A DNA stretch of 63,090 nt, filler included, from Octopus bimaculoides (taxonomy: Eukaryota), in NCBI RefSeq assembly GCF_001194135.2. It is 4 parts of 4 records of this genome, joined end to end, with 100 filler letters (N's around TTAATTAATTAA, not from the genome) between each part and the next. Parts side by side here need not be neighbours in the genome. Positions count along the whole stretch, not along the records: positions 39,018 to 40,700 come from NC_068997.1; positions 40,801 to 63,090 come from NC_068981.1; 2 more parts are not named here. One strand, 5' to 3'. Below, piece after piece: positions 39,054 to 52,030 of the stretch. A program made the position numbers and the translations under genes. The notes under the pieces are model-generated. The model had not been told where the DNA came from, did no database searches, and worked only from the letters and a program-made list of their open reading frames with translations. Within the stretch, counting starts at the first letter, position 1; the number at the start of each line of letters is the position of its first letter.

Positions 39054-39656
39054 CATATATATATATATGTAGACATACGTGCATATAGACATGTACATAC
39101 ACACATGCATATAGACAATTAACATAAGGCGTATACAAAGAGTGTTCATAATTTAGGAATGGCTATACGCAAAATGGCCAAATTGCATTCGATATATATA
39201 TACATATTGAATTGTGTATAATTGCATGCGCACTTGACTATGTGTCCGAAAGTGTGTATGTGTCTATATACAAGAACTGAATGTATAGCCATATATGTGT
39301 GAATATATGATTTTCTATGCACCCCCGGTGTATGCATACACGCATACTTATCTACACACACGTGCACTCAGATATGTGTGCGTATATACATGTATGTGTG
39401 CGTGTGTATATATATATCTCTATATATATATATATACAAATATACATATATATACGTATATATATACACATACATACATATATAAATGTATATATAAGTA
39501 TATATGAGTTTGTGTGTGAATGCATGTATGTTTGTATATACATTCGTATGCACAGAAGCATGCATAACTTTTTTTTTATTTATAATAGGATTATATTTGT
39601 TTCATTGTACATCAAGTTGAGAGATTATCAGACTTGTGTGTGCATGCTTTTGTTTA

Positions 39657-39719
<63 letters not shown>

Positions 39720-40218
39720 ATGCATTTATGCTTGCATTAGTGTGCGTACATGCATTATATACATACATTGATATGTAATTGTTTGTATGTTTGTCCTTGT
39801 GTTTATGCACACATTTTCAAAATCAATATAATGTGCAGGAAATATGGCGGTCAGTATGTACTTTACCCTATGACTGCCTGAATACATTTGTCCGTGACAT
39901 ATGCGACAATATATCGCACATCTTCTTAAAGTAACACAGAGAATCAAATGAAATGATATACACGTACACATATTTACATATGCGCAAACGCATGCGCTAC
40001 ATTAGATGCATATAGAAACACATACATACACTTATACATACTTGCATATACAGAAGTATACATAGATGCATGCATAAATAAATAGATATCTAAATACACA
40101 CTCATATACATCTTAATAAATACACACACATACACGCACAGACATGCATACACACACACGCAGACACACAGACACACGGACACACACAGACACACACACA
40201 GACACCCACACACACCCA

Positions 40219-40257
<39 letters not shown>

Positions 40258-40329
40258 ATGTATATATACTCACACACATACACAAGCATTTTAAAGGATA
40301 ATGTTGACTGTGACTTCTAAGATTTTGGT

Positions 40330-40668
40330 TTCTGCTAGTTCGTCTTCACAAGGCGACTGGCTGGGGCACCGCCTTGAAGAATGTAACGATCCCAGTACAT
40401 CGTTTTTAGCCCGGTATTTATTCTGGACGTAAACACACCAACATCGGTTGTCAAGCGATGGTGGCAGGACAAACGTAGACAGACAGACAGGCACACACGC
40501 ACATATACGACTATCTTCTTTCAGTTTCCGTCTACCAAGTCCACGCACAAGGCTTTGGTCTGCCCGAGGCCATAGTAAAAAACACTTGCCCAAGGTGCCA
40601 CGCGGTGGGATTGAAACCCGTGACCGTGTGGTTGGGAAGCAAGCTTCTTAGCACAGATCCACTCTTGT
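40330..40668 (-). mobile_element. SINE family A, full length
   Basis: ttgcccaaggtgccacgcggtgggattgaaaccc...aagcttcttagcaca head; gggcaccgccttgaa tail. Confidence 0.75.
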
Positions 40669-41924
40669 GTGCGTATATATATATATATATATATATATAT
40701 NNNNNNNNNNNNNNNNNNNNNNNNNNNNNNNNNNNNNNNNNNNNTTAATTAATTAANNNNNNNNNNNNNNNNNNNNNNNNNNNNNNNNNNNNNNNNNNNN
40801 TATATATATCTATATATATATGTACATATATATATATATATCTTTAAACACTTTTTTTTTTGCTTTAATCTATCAGCTATACTTTCTTTCCTCTGCCTTT
40901 CATGTTTTTTGTCCTTTTCCTTTCACTCTCTAAACTAAGATCCAGCATTTTAATTAATAAAATACAAATATATTTATTATTTATATCCATTCTTCACTAA
41001 TCATACAAATCTAGTACTATCAATTATCGGTCTTCCATACATTGTATTTTTATAAAAAATAATTTTGTATGCTTGCGTAGAGTTGAAGAATTGGTGTAAT
41101 CATGATATTTTGCTCGTCTGGAGAGCTACACTTCTACATCTGCATTGATTTGTAAATATACAATTGCACAGTGCAATGTGGAACATGAATATTGGGGCAT
41201 AAATGTAAATTAATCTGTCATAAATCATTATCATTATTGCATGATCAAGACTTCGAAACGGCTGTAATCGTATGGATTTCAAGTGGGTGAATAAATTTAT
41301 TTACCTCTCATACCTCTCGACACTTCATGGTCTATATCACCCTCATGAAATAATTTTATCCTTTGGATATACTGAATTTCTGCTGCATACCTAATATATA
41401 TATACATACATACATACATATAAATAAATATATATGTATGCATTTGTATATATATATATATATATATATATCGTTTATCAGTTTCAGCACAAAGTTGTGG
41501 CCATACTGCCGCACTGCCGTTTTGCTACATTGTTATTATTGAGTGCCTGTTCTGATATATGGTATTTGGTGAATAACGGAGTTTGAGGTCGCTACATTCA
41601 TTTGCACCTCTTGCCGCGAGATAAGTTCGTCTGGGAATCTCGACAGGAAGAGATTCAATTTTTATTTGAAAACACCCACATCCACTTTGCATGTATGTAT
41701 GTATATGTATATATATATATGTGTATTTGTGTGTATGTGTGCGTTTGTGTGTATGTGTTTGTGTGTGATTTTATGTATGATCCTAGAATAATTAGATATT
41801 TAAATAGAATCATAGTCGAACATATAAAAGATATATAGGTATATTTATCTATGTACCTATCTATCTACTTACGTATCTACTTATCTAAACTCTTCTCATT
41901 CTCTGTCTGTTAGTCTGTCTTTCC

Positions 41925-41984
<60 letters not shown>

Positions 41985-42368
41985 TTATNNNNNNNNNNNN
42001 NNNNNNNNNNNNNNNNNNNNNNNNNNNNNNNNNNNNNNNNNNNNNNNNNNNNNNNNNNNNNNNNNNNNNNNNNNNNNNNNNNNNNNNNNNNNNNNNNNNN
42101 NNNNNNNNNNNNNNNNNNNNNNNNNNNNNNNNNNNNNNNNNNNNNNNNNNNNNNNNNNNNNNNNNNNNNNNNNNNNNNNNNNNNNNNNNNNNNNNNNNNN
42201 NNNNNNNNNNNNNNNNNNNNNNNNNNNNNNNNNNNNNNNNNNNNNNNNNNNNNNNNNNNNNNNNNNNNNNNNNNNNNNNNNNNNNNNNNNNNNNNNNNNN
42301 NNNNNNNNNNNNNNNNNNATTAATATTTCTAAGTCTCTCTAAAGGAGACTACGGCAGCGGTACTGGAA

Positions 42369-42947
42369 ATTAATAGTTATCGCCAAGCCAACATGGCAGT
42401 CCCAAAACTAGGACGAAAGCTGCCGTGAATTATCTCCAAGAAGCCATCGCCTCTAGCTAGCTATGTGACACACGAAACCTGTGTCCTTTATAACCTTCGA
42501 ACAGGGGAGGTCAGCAGCTTCCCCTTGCTGGTTTGGCATCTGCAGACTAGACTAGTTTCAGGGTGTTTCCCCTTGTCAATGCAGTGCAGCCAAGCTCCAG
42601 CCATGCGGCGCTACTGACTTGTCTGTTCGAAGGTTATTTATCTAATTTCAGTGGAATCTATCCACTGAAATTAGATAACTAACCTTCGAACAGACAAGTC
42701 AGTAGCGCCGCCTGGCTGGAGCTTGGCTGCTCTGCATTGACAAGGGGCAACACCCTGCATCTAGTCTAGTCTGCAGATGCCAAACCAGCAAGGGGAAGCT
42801 GCTGACATCCCCTGTTCGAAGGTTATAAAGGACACAGGTTTCGTTTGTCACATAGCTAGCTAGAGGCGATGGCTTCTTGGAGCTAATTCACGGCAGCTTT
42901 CGTCCTAATTTTGGGACTGCCATGTTGGCTTGGCGATAACTATTAAT
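42369..42947. repeat. 579-bp near-perfect palindrome (arms about 287 bp, 5-nt spacer), probable transposon-derived foldback
   Basis: 42369-42655 is the reverse complement of 42661-42947 with about ten differences by eye; spacer atcta; (TA)n on the right. Confidence 0.9.
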
Positions 42948-43559
42948 ATATATATATATATATATATGTATATTATATATACGCACCCGTTCGTGTGTGC
43001 GGGTGTGCATATGTGTGTATATGTATGTGCGTATTGGGGTATGACTTACTCTTAACACTGCATGAAATTAATTTTCATAGAGTAATGTTTTTTTCCTTAT
43101 GAATGCGAAACCTTGAAACCTCAAAATAACTAATAACGGTAGTAAGAAATTTCATAATCAAAAATTTATCACTTTGCCAGTTATTAATAAATCTTACCTT
43201 CTGATACATTTGCATTTATAGAAATAGGTAACGTCATTTCTTAACTATTAAATAACCTTTTAAAAGAATATCTTACTCAACTTTGTATGACGGATTTCTT
43301 TTGCAATCCTGCCGCGGTTCTCTATATACAATACATCCTAATTGTCATTCTTGCTGAACTACTCTTGTCTGGGATAAACTATTTTGAAAGCTCGTCTGCA
43401 ATATATGTGAAGTATGTTAAATGGTAAGATCAACAAAATAATTTCTCCATCTATTGAGAGATAAGTATTATTATATAAACACAATATATGTTTGTACCTG
43501 CTTCTATTAGTTTCTCTAAATCAGCTTTAGACATATTAAGAGCGACTGATTTTAGCGCC

Positions 43560-43835
43560 TAACAAATTGAGAAACATTGCAAAAGTCTAAAGTTGGATTT
43601 TTAGATGTTTCCCTGGACCTAAACACTTTTTATAGACATTGCCCCCAACAAGAAACTTTCCCATATATACAAACAGTCTGGCAACCCCAATGTAGTTTTT
43701 AAAAGATTGATAGCTAACATTAGTAACAAAGTATTCAACCTTTCTTCCGCTAAAGAAATTTTCGAGAAAACAGCCCACTACTACTACAATTCACTAACTA
43801 ACAGTGACTTTAAGGATGAACTAGTATATAGTTTC
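43560..43835 (+). pseudogene. Degenerate Penelope-like RT thumb fragment
   Basis: KVGFLDVSLDLNT ... SAKEIFEKTAHYYYNSLTNSDFKDELVY across frameshifts. Confidence 0.55.
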
Positions 43836-43876
43836 GATAGGCGCAAGAATGGCTTTATGCCCGAGAGTAGCTTATA

Positions 43877-44028
43877 GGCGCTGAAGTGGCTGTGTGGTAA
43901 GTAGCTTGCTCACCGACCACATGGTTCCGGGTTCAATCCTATTGCGTGGCACCTTGGGCAAGAGTCTTCCGCTATAGTCTTGGGCCGACTAAAGCCTTTG
44001 GTAGTCGGAAACTAAAAGAAGCCCTTTG

Positions 44029-44030
<2 letters not shown>
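43877..44030 (+). mobile_element. SINE family A 5' half
   Basis: ggcgctgaagtggctgtgtggtaagtagcttgc...gcgtggcaccttgggcaag. Confidence 0.85.
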
Positions 44031-44060
<30 letters not shown>

Positions 44061-44092
44061 ATCAAAATAAGCAACAAGGATATCAAGAGGTA

Positions 44093-44180
44093 ATGCAGTA
44101 CGATCGTTTCATGCAACTCCATTTAATTTAACAATGCAATCGTTACATCAGTTTAAATGCAGAGCAATCTACAGCTGCAC
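44093..44180 (-). ncRNA. Degenerate type I hammerhead-like motif
   Basis: GUGCAG-CUGUAGA-(stem II region)-GAAA-CGAUCG-UA-CUGCAU: 6-bp helix I, palindromic helix III, GUA triplet; core A6 replaced by U. Confidence 0.4.
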
Positions 44181-44984
44181 AAATATATAGAAATTTATAA
44201 TTAAATTAAAACAGGTGGGCACATTAGTATAATTATGCCTGAAATCTTTAAGAACTTAAGGAGATAGACAAAGAACATGCTGTCTTCACTCCTGCATAGG
44301 CGCTACTAAGGTATCAAGAAGATGTACATTGTTACAGACACTGTCTGTCACTGATTTTATTTGTTTTTACGGGGTCAGTTTTAATTTATAGACTAGTTTA
44401 TCAAATCCTTGCATATCTAAGGCTGAGAGAACAAAAGGGCAGGGCTGAGGGAACAGACAGAAATCATAGTTGGTATAGTCATAAAAATCAAGATTTATTA
44501 GAAGCAATATCATGAGGTTTGGTAAAGGAAAACTTAAACTTAGATTATAATTTTATAAATACATAATTAGCATGTTCTTTTACCTCAATACTCCTTTATT
44601 AATACCAATATATATAAATTAATCAATATTCACAGATACCATCTGATGAGTTAGTATTTAAGTGTATAATATGTATAAATATTAAACTATTTCTGGATAA
44701 TTTATTTTCCTCCCTCTATTGTGATAAAAGTTTGGTATATAATCAAAATTATTCAAACATTTCTATCCTTTTGTTATAATATTCTTTTCAATAATCCTCT
44801 GAATAATCCTAAACTTTAACTGTATGCAATATAGCAACATTGTTTAAAATATATTAACTATAGTACTATATGATAAGACTGCCCCTGTTTCATTATCAAT
44901 GGTCTGCTAGTGGACGACCCCCTTAACTGTCAGCTAACATCTTGTTTTAAAATACGAATAATGATAATAGACATAAAAGTAAAC

Positions 44985-45480
44985 CTAGGAAAATAATTTG
45001 TTCGCCCCTCCCGGCTTTCCTAGACGAACAGTTTCCTGAAAATCACAGGAACAGGAAAATATTTAATAGGCACCCAGTGAAATTACCATATAGCTACCGA
45101 CCCAATATGAATAAGCATCATTACAGTCGAACAACACGAAGTGCCCACTCCTAGTTGTAACTGTCGAGACCAAGGATTCTGCCCACTCGACCACGGATGT
45201 ATCATTATATCCATCATATATGAAGCAGAAGTTATAGCACCGCTAGATGATAACACATCCGATAAGAAGAGCTATATCGGGTTTTGTGAAGGTAACTTCA
45301 AAAATCGCTATGCTAACCGCATAGCTTCCTTCCGACAAGGGACAAAACTATAGCCGCTAAGTTGGCCAGCCACGTATGAGGTTTGGAGTTAACGCCACAT
45401 CACCTACAATAAAGTGTAAAATAGTCAAAACATACACACCGTATGTCAACGGATACAAAATGGAAGCTATGCGTAGTAGG
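44985..45480 (+). pseudogene. Degenerate Penelope-like linker plus GIY-YIG endonuclease fragment
   Basis: RKII..P..FLDEQFPENHRNRKIFNRHPVKLPYSYRPNM...CNCRDQGFCPLDHGC..IIYEAEV...KSYIGFCEGNFKNRY. Confidence 0.75.
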
Positions 45481-45939
45481 AAGAACCCAGAATCTTTTCA
45501 GATCCAAGAAATCTATGACACTGCGGAATTCTACATTCGTAATTTTGAGTGGTTGTAAACATACGGATAAGTTCCTGTTGGCAAATTGCAAAGTACCACC
45601 CTCACCGGATTGAGTAGTTGTACTGTAGAATCTATCACTATCCTTTCAGCCAGACATTTTATGGTCGAAGGGGACATAATTCTGGTTATTTCTCTTTTAC
45701 TAATTTTTGTCTTCATTTTCCGATTTTCAACCCCCCACCTTTTATATTTACTTCTTTCTCGCCTTTTCTCGCTTTTTCCCTCATCCTAGCATCCTACTTT
45801 CAGCTCGTTAAGCCATGTGAGCATTGCCTGAAGATTGTGCAAAGGCACCAGACCTGTTAAAAAACACCGTCTGGTATCCTTTCATCGCATAAAACTAATA
45901 GTAGCATATAAACACACACAAACACAAACGCGCACACAA

Positions 45940-46014
<75 letters not shown>

Positions 46015-46033
46015 ATGTGTGTGTGTGTGTGTG

Positions 46034-46069
<36 letters not shown>

Positions 46070-46755
46070 TGCGTGCGCACAAGCGTTGAAAGTTAAATTC
46101 GGTGTATGAAATATCTAGGTCTAGAAAGGTAGCGCACTAGCATGGCGTTAAATCAATGATGAAACGTAATGAAAGAATAATAGTGCATAAACAGTTTCAA
46201 AACTTCACTCATACATTGAATAATCTTTCATAAAATTATTTTAGCAAGTAGGAGAATAAATACAACAATATGGAAATATATCTTAAAGGTTCTTTAAGAT
46301 ATTTATCAAGCTACCTCTCTTTTACAAGTCAGCCTACAGCTAAGTGAACAATGTCATCTGTTTACACCGTAATGATGATATACTGGTTTCTAGGGAAATA
46401 AAGCTACCGAAAGTAATACATAAATGCATGAGGTTACGTTTTGAAGAAACTAATTGTGACAATAACGGTAAGGATGTTAAACATTTGGATTTATTTATAT
46501 TATCACTTAAAATTTCTGTTGGACTTTAATTTATTTGCTCTGGTAACTGATATAAAAACTAGAAATTGCAAATGATTGATATGAAACATATAAACCAAAC
46601 AGAAGTTTAAAGGGCACCAGTGTATACATATGGAACGTCCGTAAGTAATCCAATCAGCGAAAGGCAAAAATAGTGGGCGGAGCCTAAAGTAAGAAATGTA
46701 CTACCTACAATGTTAGTGTTAATATATGACATTAATTTGATAATATAAAAAAATA

Positions 46756-46799
<44 letters not shown>

Positions 46800-48565
46800 G
46801 AAAAAGAGAGAGAGAGAGGGAGAGTAATGCTTTACATCTATAAACGGTAACGTGTACCGGCTTCAACCTATGATATTTATTATTGGTTAAACAAACATCA
46901 AAGTACTATAATGAATAGACAGTGCTAACATTCATTGAGACCTTTTATATCTTTGTTTATTATACAAGGATGTAAAAGAAATATATAATTATATACACAA
47001 GCAAGTATTAATATTACTGATATGAGTTACGTGTATAAACCGTATGAATCAGTCATAAACAGAATGTTGACTGATTTAATGGCGGATAATGTAAGCTGTG
47101 TAAAGATTACATTTGAAGATAAAAAAAGAAAAATATAAAACCTAAAAATACTTTTGATATCATTCTAAATAGGATTAAATCCCTCTACATAAAGGTTTGG
47201 AATATTGTGTCTATCATACCTTTCTCAAATATTAGGAATGAAGAAAAACCATGGCCGCAGTTATGTTCAATCTGAATGTATACATATTCCTTTGCTTGGC
47301 ACAAATATTGCGTATGAATAGTCAAGGAGTTTGAATAATAGATTTTTTATCTCTTTTATAAGGAAATAAAAGGTTGAGCAAAATTTAACTATGTTTATTT
47401 AGATGCCTGAAGATGCAGAGTTATTGAAAACAATGAGGTGTAACTGATGTAATATGACTTATTTTTAAACGCATAATATTGGCAAAGGCCATAGCAAATT
47501 CCCGGTAAGGCACTTACAGTTACGGAGTTTCGCATTGTGGACGGTATTTATTGTATCACCTTTTAACTTACAACATGTAACACTAGAAGGATTAGAAGAG
47601 AAAATTAAAATGTACATAATTTAAGAAAGTAACGTATTTAGTTGGATTCATTATCAGTTCTGCTTTTAACCAACCTATTTCACTATCGTATGACAAAAAA
47701 GCAATATCATATACATGACCACCGATAGAAAAGGAAATGTTAGCCCTCACTTTAGATTGAACCAATTTTACTTTGAAATACTTTGGAAATACGTTAAGAA
47801 ATTGATAATAATTTTATGGTAACATACCGAGATAAAGAATAAGAAATGGAAAATAAAGTTTTGGCTGTAAATTAATTGAGAACAATAATGTCTGTAGATT
47901 ATATAGGATTGTGAAATAAGATAACTCTTGCATAGTGTACCTCGCTAAAAAAACTTGAGGAGGTATTCATTACATTTCGGTATGGATAAATGGTTGTATT
48001 TAACATGGATTCCGGAAAAAGAAACCAAATAAATTCAGTTGTAGCAAGATATAAATTTTCAATTTACAGGGGTGACATCAAAGGTAAAGCATTTAGCAGT
48101 GTGGCCAAAAATCACAAATTTAGATCAAAATCTATGCATTATAACACATTGCTAAAAAGTGAAATGAAATGCATACCAAGTTATATCTATAAAAGTTTCT
48201 AATTTAAGGAATCATTAGAATGAAAAAAATACACAAAAAATATTGCGAATTAATTATATCTGAAAATAACAATTTACGGTATAATATCAATAACAAACAA
48301 CATTTATAGCAATAGCAAAATTCATAAACAAGATTAATTATCAAAGCAAATTTGTAGCAATAGCAACCACAATAGCAATAGAAAACATAAACATAGCGAA
48401 ATTGTAAAGCAAAAGAACTCAATGCTTTTTAAAATAGCAAGAAAAACATTAGAAAAGTTTATCGTTAGGATATCGGTAAAACATGCAAAATTCATTCAGG
48501 CTTAATCATTATATAGAAATCACTGAATATATATATATATATATATATATATAATCATATATATA

Positions 48566-48603
<38 letters not shown>

Positions 48604-49639
48604 GTATGTATGCATAATGCATACAGCATACATATATAGTGTGCCTATATATATATATATATATATGAAGAAGACAAAAGAGTGAGAGAGGGAGAAGCAG
48701 TCAGATATTGGTATTCATATAGTAGAACTAAGACATTAAACTGAACAGGGCAGAACGGAACAGACATTTATGAACCATGAAAATAAACCAAAATCGTCAC
48801 ATTTACAAGAAAGAACTTTACCTATAAATATATTTTAAAGACGTTATATATGCATAGAATGAAAGACTGTGTTCGTGGAGAGCAGATATATTAGAACGCT
48901 TGTTATATGAAAACCTACATAGAATACTTAAATACCTTAGGTTCTACCTCTCTCTATCTCTTTTTGAAGATAATTATATACACATATAAATATAAATATA
49001 AATATAAATATAAACACGCACACACACAGACATACAGACACAGACACAGACAGACAAACAAACACACGCGCACACATATATATACAACTTGATCAAGTAA
49101 TTCCTTACTATATTTTCTCAGCTCTGTTTCTTGATAACTGTTTGGTATATTTATGTATAAAATAATTATCACTGGGAGTATATATANNNNNNNNNNNNNN
49201 NNNNNNNNNNNNNNNNNNNNNNNNNNNNNNNNNNNNNNNNNNNNNNNNNNNNNNNNNNNNNNNNNNNNNNNNNNNNNNNNNNNNNNNNNNNNNNNNNNNN
49301 NNNNNNNNNNNNNNNNNNNNNNNNNNNNNNNNNNNNNNNNNNNNNNNNNNNNNNNNNNNNNNNNNNNNNNNNNNNNNNNNNNNNNNNNNNNNNNNNNNNN
49401 NNNNNNNNNNNNNNNNNNNNNNNNNNNNNNNNNNNNNNNNNNNNNNNNNNNNNNNNNNNNNNNNNNNNNNNNNNNNNNNNNNNNNNNNNNNNNNNNNNNN
49501 NNNNNNNNNNNNNNNNNNNNNNNNNNNNNNNNNNNNNNNNNNNNNNNNNNNNNNNNNNNNNNNNNNNNNNNNNNNNNNNNNNNNNNNNNNNNNNNNNNNN
49601 NNNNNNNNNNNNNNNNNNNNNNNNNNNNNNNNNNNNNNN

Positions 49640-49674
<35 letters not shown>

Positions 49675-50342
49675 TAAAGACATACATATATATGTCACGA
49701 TCATGTATACACCTATGTAAAATGACTGCACATGACTGTTATGTTTATAAATATTTATATTTAGAAATATACGTGTCATAAATATGTGGTATTATGTCGA
49801 CACACGTAAACATAAACAAACACAAACATATAGAGGAAGACATAAAATTACTCACACACATACAAGCAGTATATGTATATATGTGAGTATGTGATATGCA
49901 GTATGGAATTAATTGCACACGCAATAAAATAATCTTTTTTTTCTCTCTGGTCGGCCTTGTGAATGATATCATTCAATTTGCCAAATAATTTAATAAAGAC
50001 ATTGTGATATAGCATATAAAATAAATGAATTAAAAAACGTTTTATCGAAAAAATATACTCTCAATTCAGAATATGAATATAAATAATAAGTGACAAGACA
50101 TCTGTATCCTATATTGGTGATCTGAACGACTTCTGTCAGTTAAAATTATCTTGATTCCATGTGACCACAACGCTATCAGTTTAAAACTGGAGAGACCCTA
50201 CGAATCTGTTACCTCAGTGTTTCCAAACACGAAATCATGTGCTATTGTAGAAAAGAAATGACTGAAGGAAATTAGCTACGAAATTGCCGTAAAATAGATG
50301 ATATTTTCATATTCTGACTCATGGTAACAACTGTATTTTTAT

Positions 50343-50373
<31 letters not shown>

Positions 50374-50401
50374 CACACACACACACACAACACACACACA
50401 C

Positions 50402-50446
<45 letters not shown>

Positions 50447-51999
50447 TGTTTGTGTGTGTGTTTGTGTGTGTGTGTGCGTGAGTGTGTGCGTGAGTGTGTA
50501 TACGTGTGTGTACAAGCATACAAACATGTATACATGTACCGGGGCACATATATAGTTCATATATGGGTTTGTTAGAGCAAACATAACTATCAACCCTTCA
50601 ATCAATTTTAAACATTGTACCTATCAAGTAAAGTACATCAAATAAATATTATCTCGTAAGTTCAGATATTTTGGAATACGGAGTTAGGAATATACTTAAA
50701 TATGTCAATTTCATCCTTTATTGGTGTTAAAAGACTTGTAGTTGCGGCAAGTTAAAGTGTAATTGTAAGCTACCTATAGAATTAAGAGGAGTCTTACCCG
50801 AAGTTTTAATAGTGTGATAGTCATCACTGTAAAACTTGGTGCTAGAAGAACTAATTTTCATTTCCACTCTATAGGGTATTTACTCCAAACAAATCCTTAT
50901 GGAAACATTGAGCAGTCAATTTCTGTATTTCTCAAGCCAGAAAGAATTTGTTAAAATAACCAATTGCTTGCATTAATCATGATATTCATATAGAATATAT
51001 TTTATCCAATTTCAAGTTATTTCAGAAAGCATTCAGAAATGGTTTTATAGAAATATACTTAACCTATCTGAATGAATCTGGTGAATATATTTTTGACGTT
51101 GTATAATTTGTTCTTTGGGACAAAAGAAAAATTGAGGAATACAATGTTTTTCTGTCAAGTAATTCACAGGTAAATTTTTATGCTTCTCAAATGTTGCTCT
51201 CCTGCCAATCAATTAAGAAAGAGTGTTGTTTGTCAGTAGAGACGTGGCCTGTGATAACCATTGAAATTGCGAAGTGCCTACATCATCTTTAGTAAGGAAC
51301 TTTCTTCATTAAAAGCAAATAAATGATTGATCGAATTACCATTATTTGAAGTAACGGCAAAACACTCCAGCTGAATTGATATAATTATGATGTAGAACAC
51401 GTATTGAGTAGCTACCGTCTCTCTGTCTCTCTCTTTACTAGATACATATATTCATACCCTCAAACATATGCATCTCTGTCTCTCTCTGTCTGTCTGTCTG
51501 TCTCTCTCTCTCTTTATATATATATATATATATGTATGGGCACAAAAAAAAATTGTATAATGTTATATCTGTTGACGTCTTTGTGCCGTATTTCACTTGT
51601 AGACCAATTTATTTCTACTTTTAGTTTTCTTAAATTTATAAAGAATTTCGAAACGTTTAAATTGAAACTCTTACTGGATTATATTAATTGACATTTTATA
51701 ACAAGTTTATTTTTTTTTATTTGCTAAAATATTTCAATAATGAAGTATTGAATTTTATTTTTAGAAAAGTATTGGAAATCTGTATTTCATTAACTTATAG
51801 GAAAATATGAAACTTTTCCATATGCTAAATCAATATAGCAAATACGCAAACGTATATCCTCTTACATACACGCATAGTGAGATATACACATACTATGTGT
51901 GCATGACTAAAATTAGGCTTTTAGTTAAAAGTTTTTGTCAATGATTTACATATACATACATACATATATATATTTACACATATAAAGATATATACACAC

Positions 52000-52030
<31 letters not shown>

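Noticed and set aside
42399-42418. gtcccaaaactaggacgaaa inside the palindrome resembles a Schistosoma-type hammerhead stem II plus GAAA
   Set aside because: No CUGANGA box upstream (reads CAUGGCA) and no helix III/NUH arrangement
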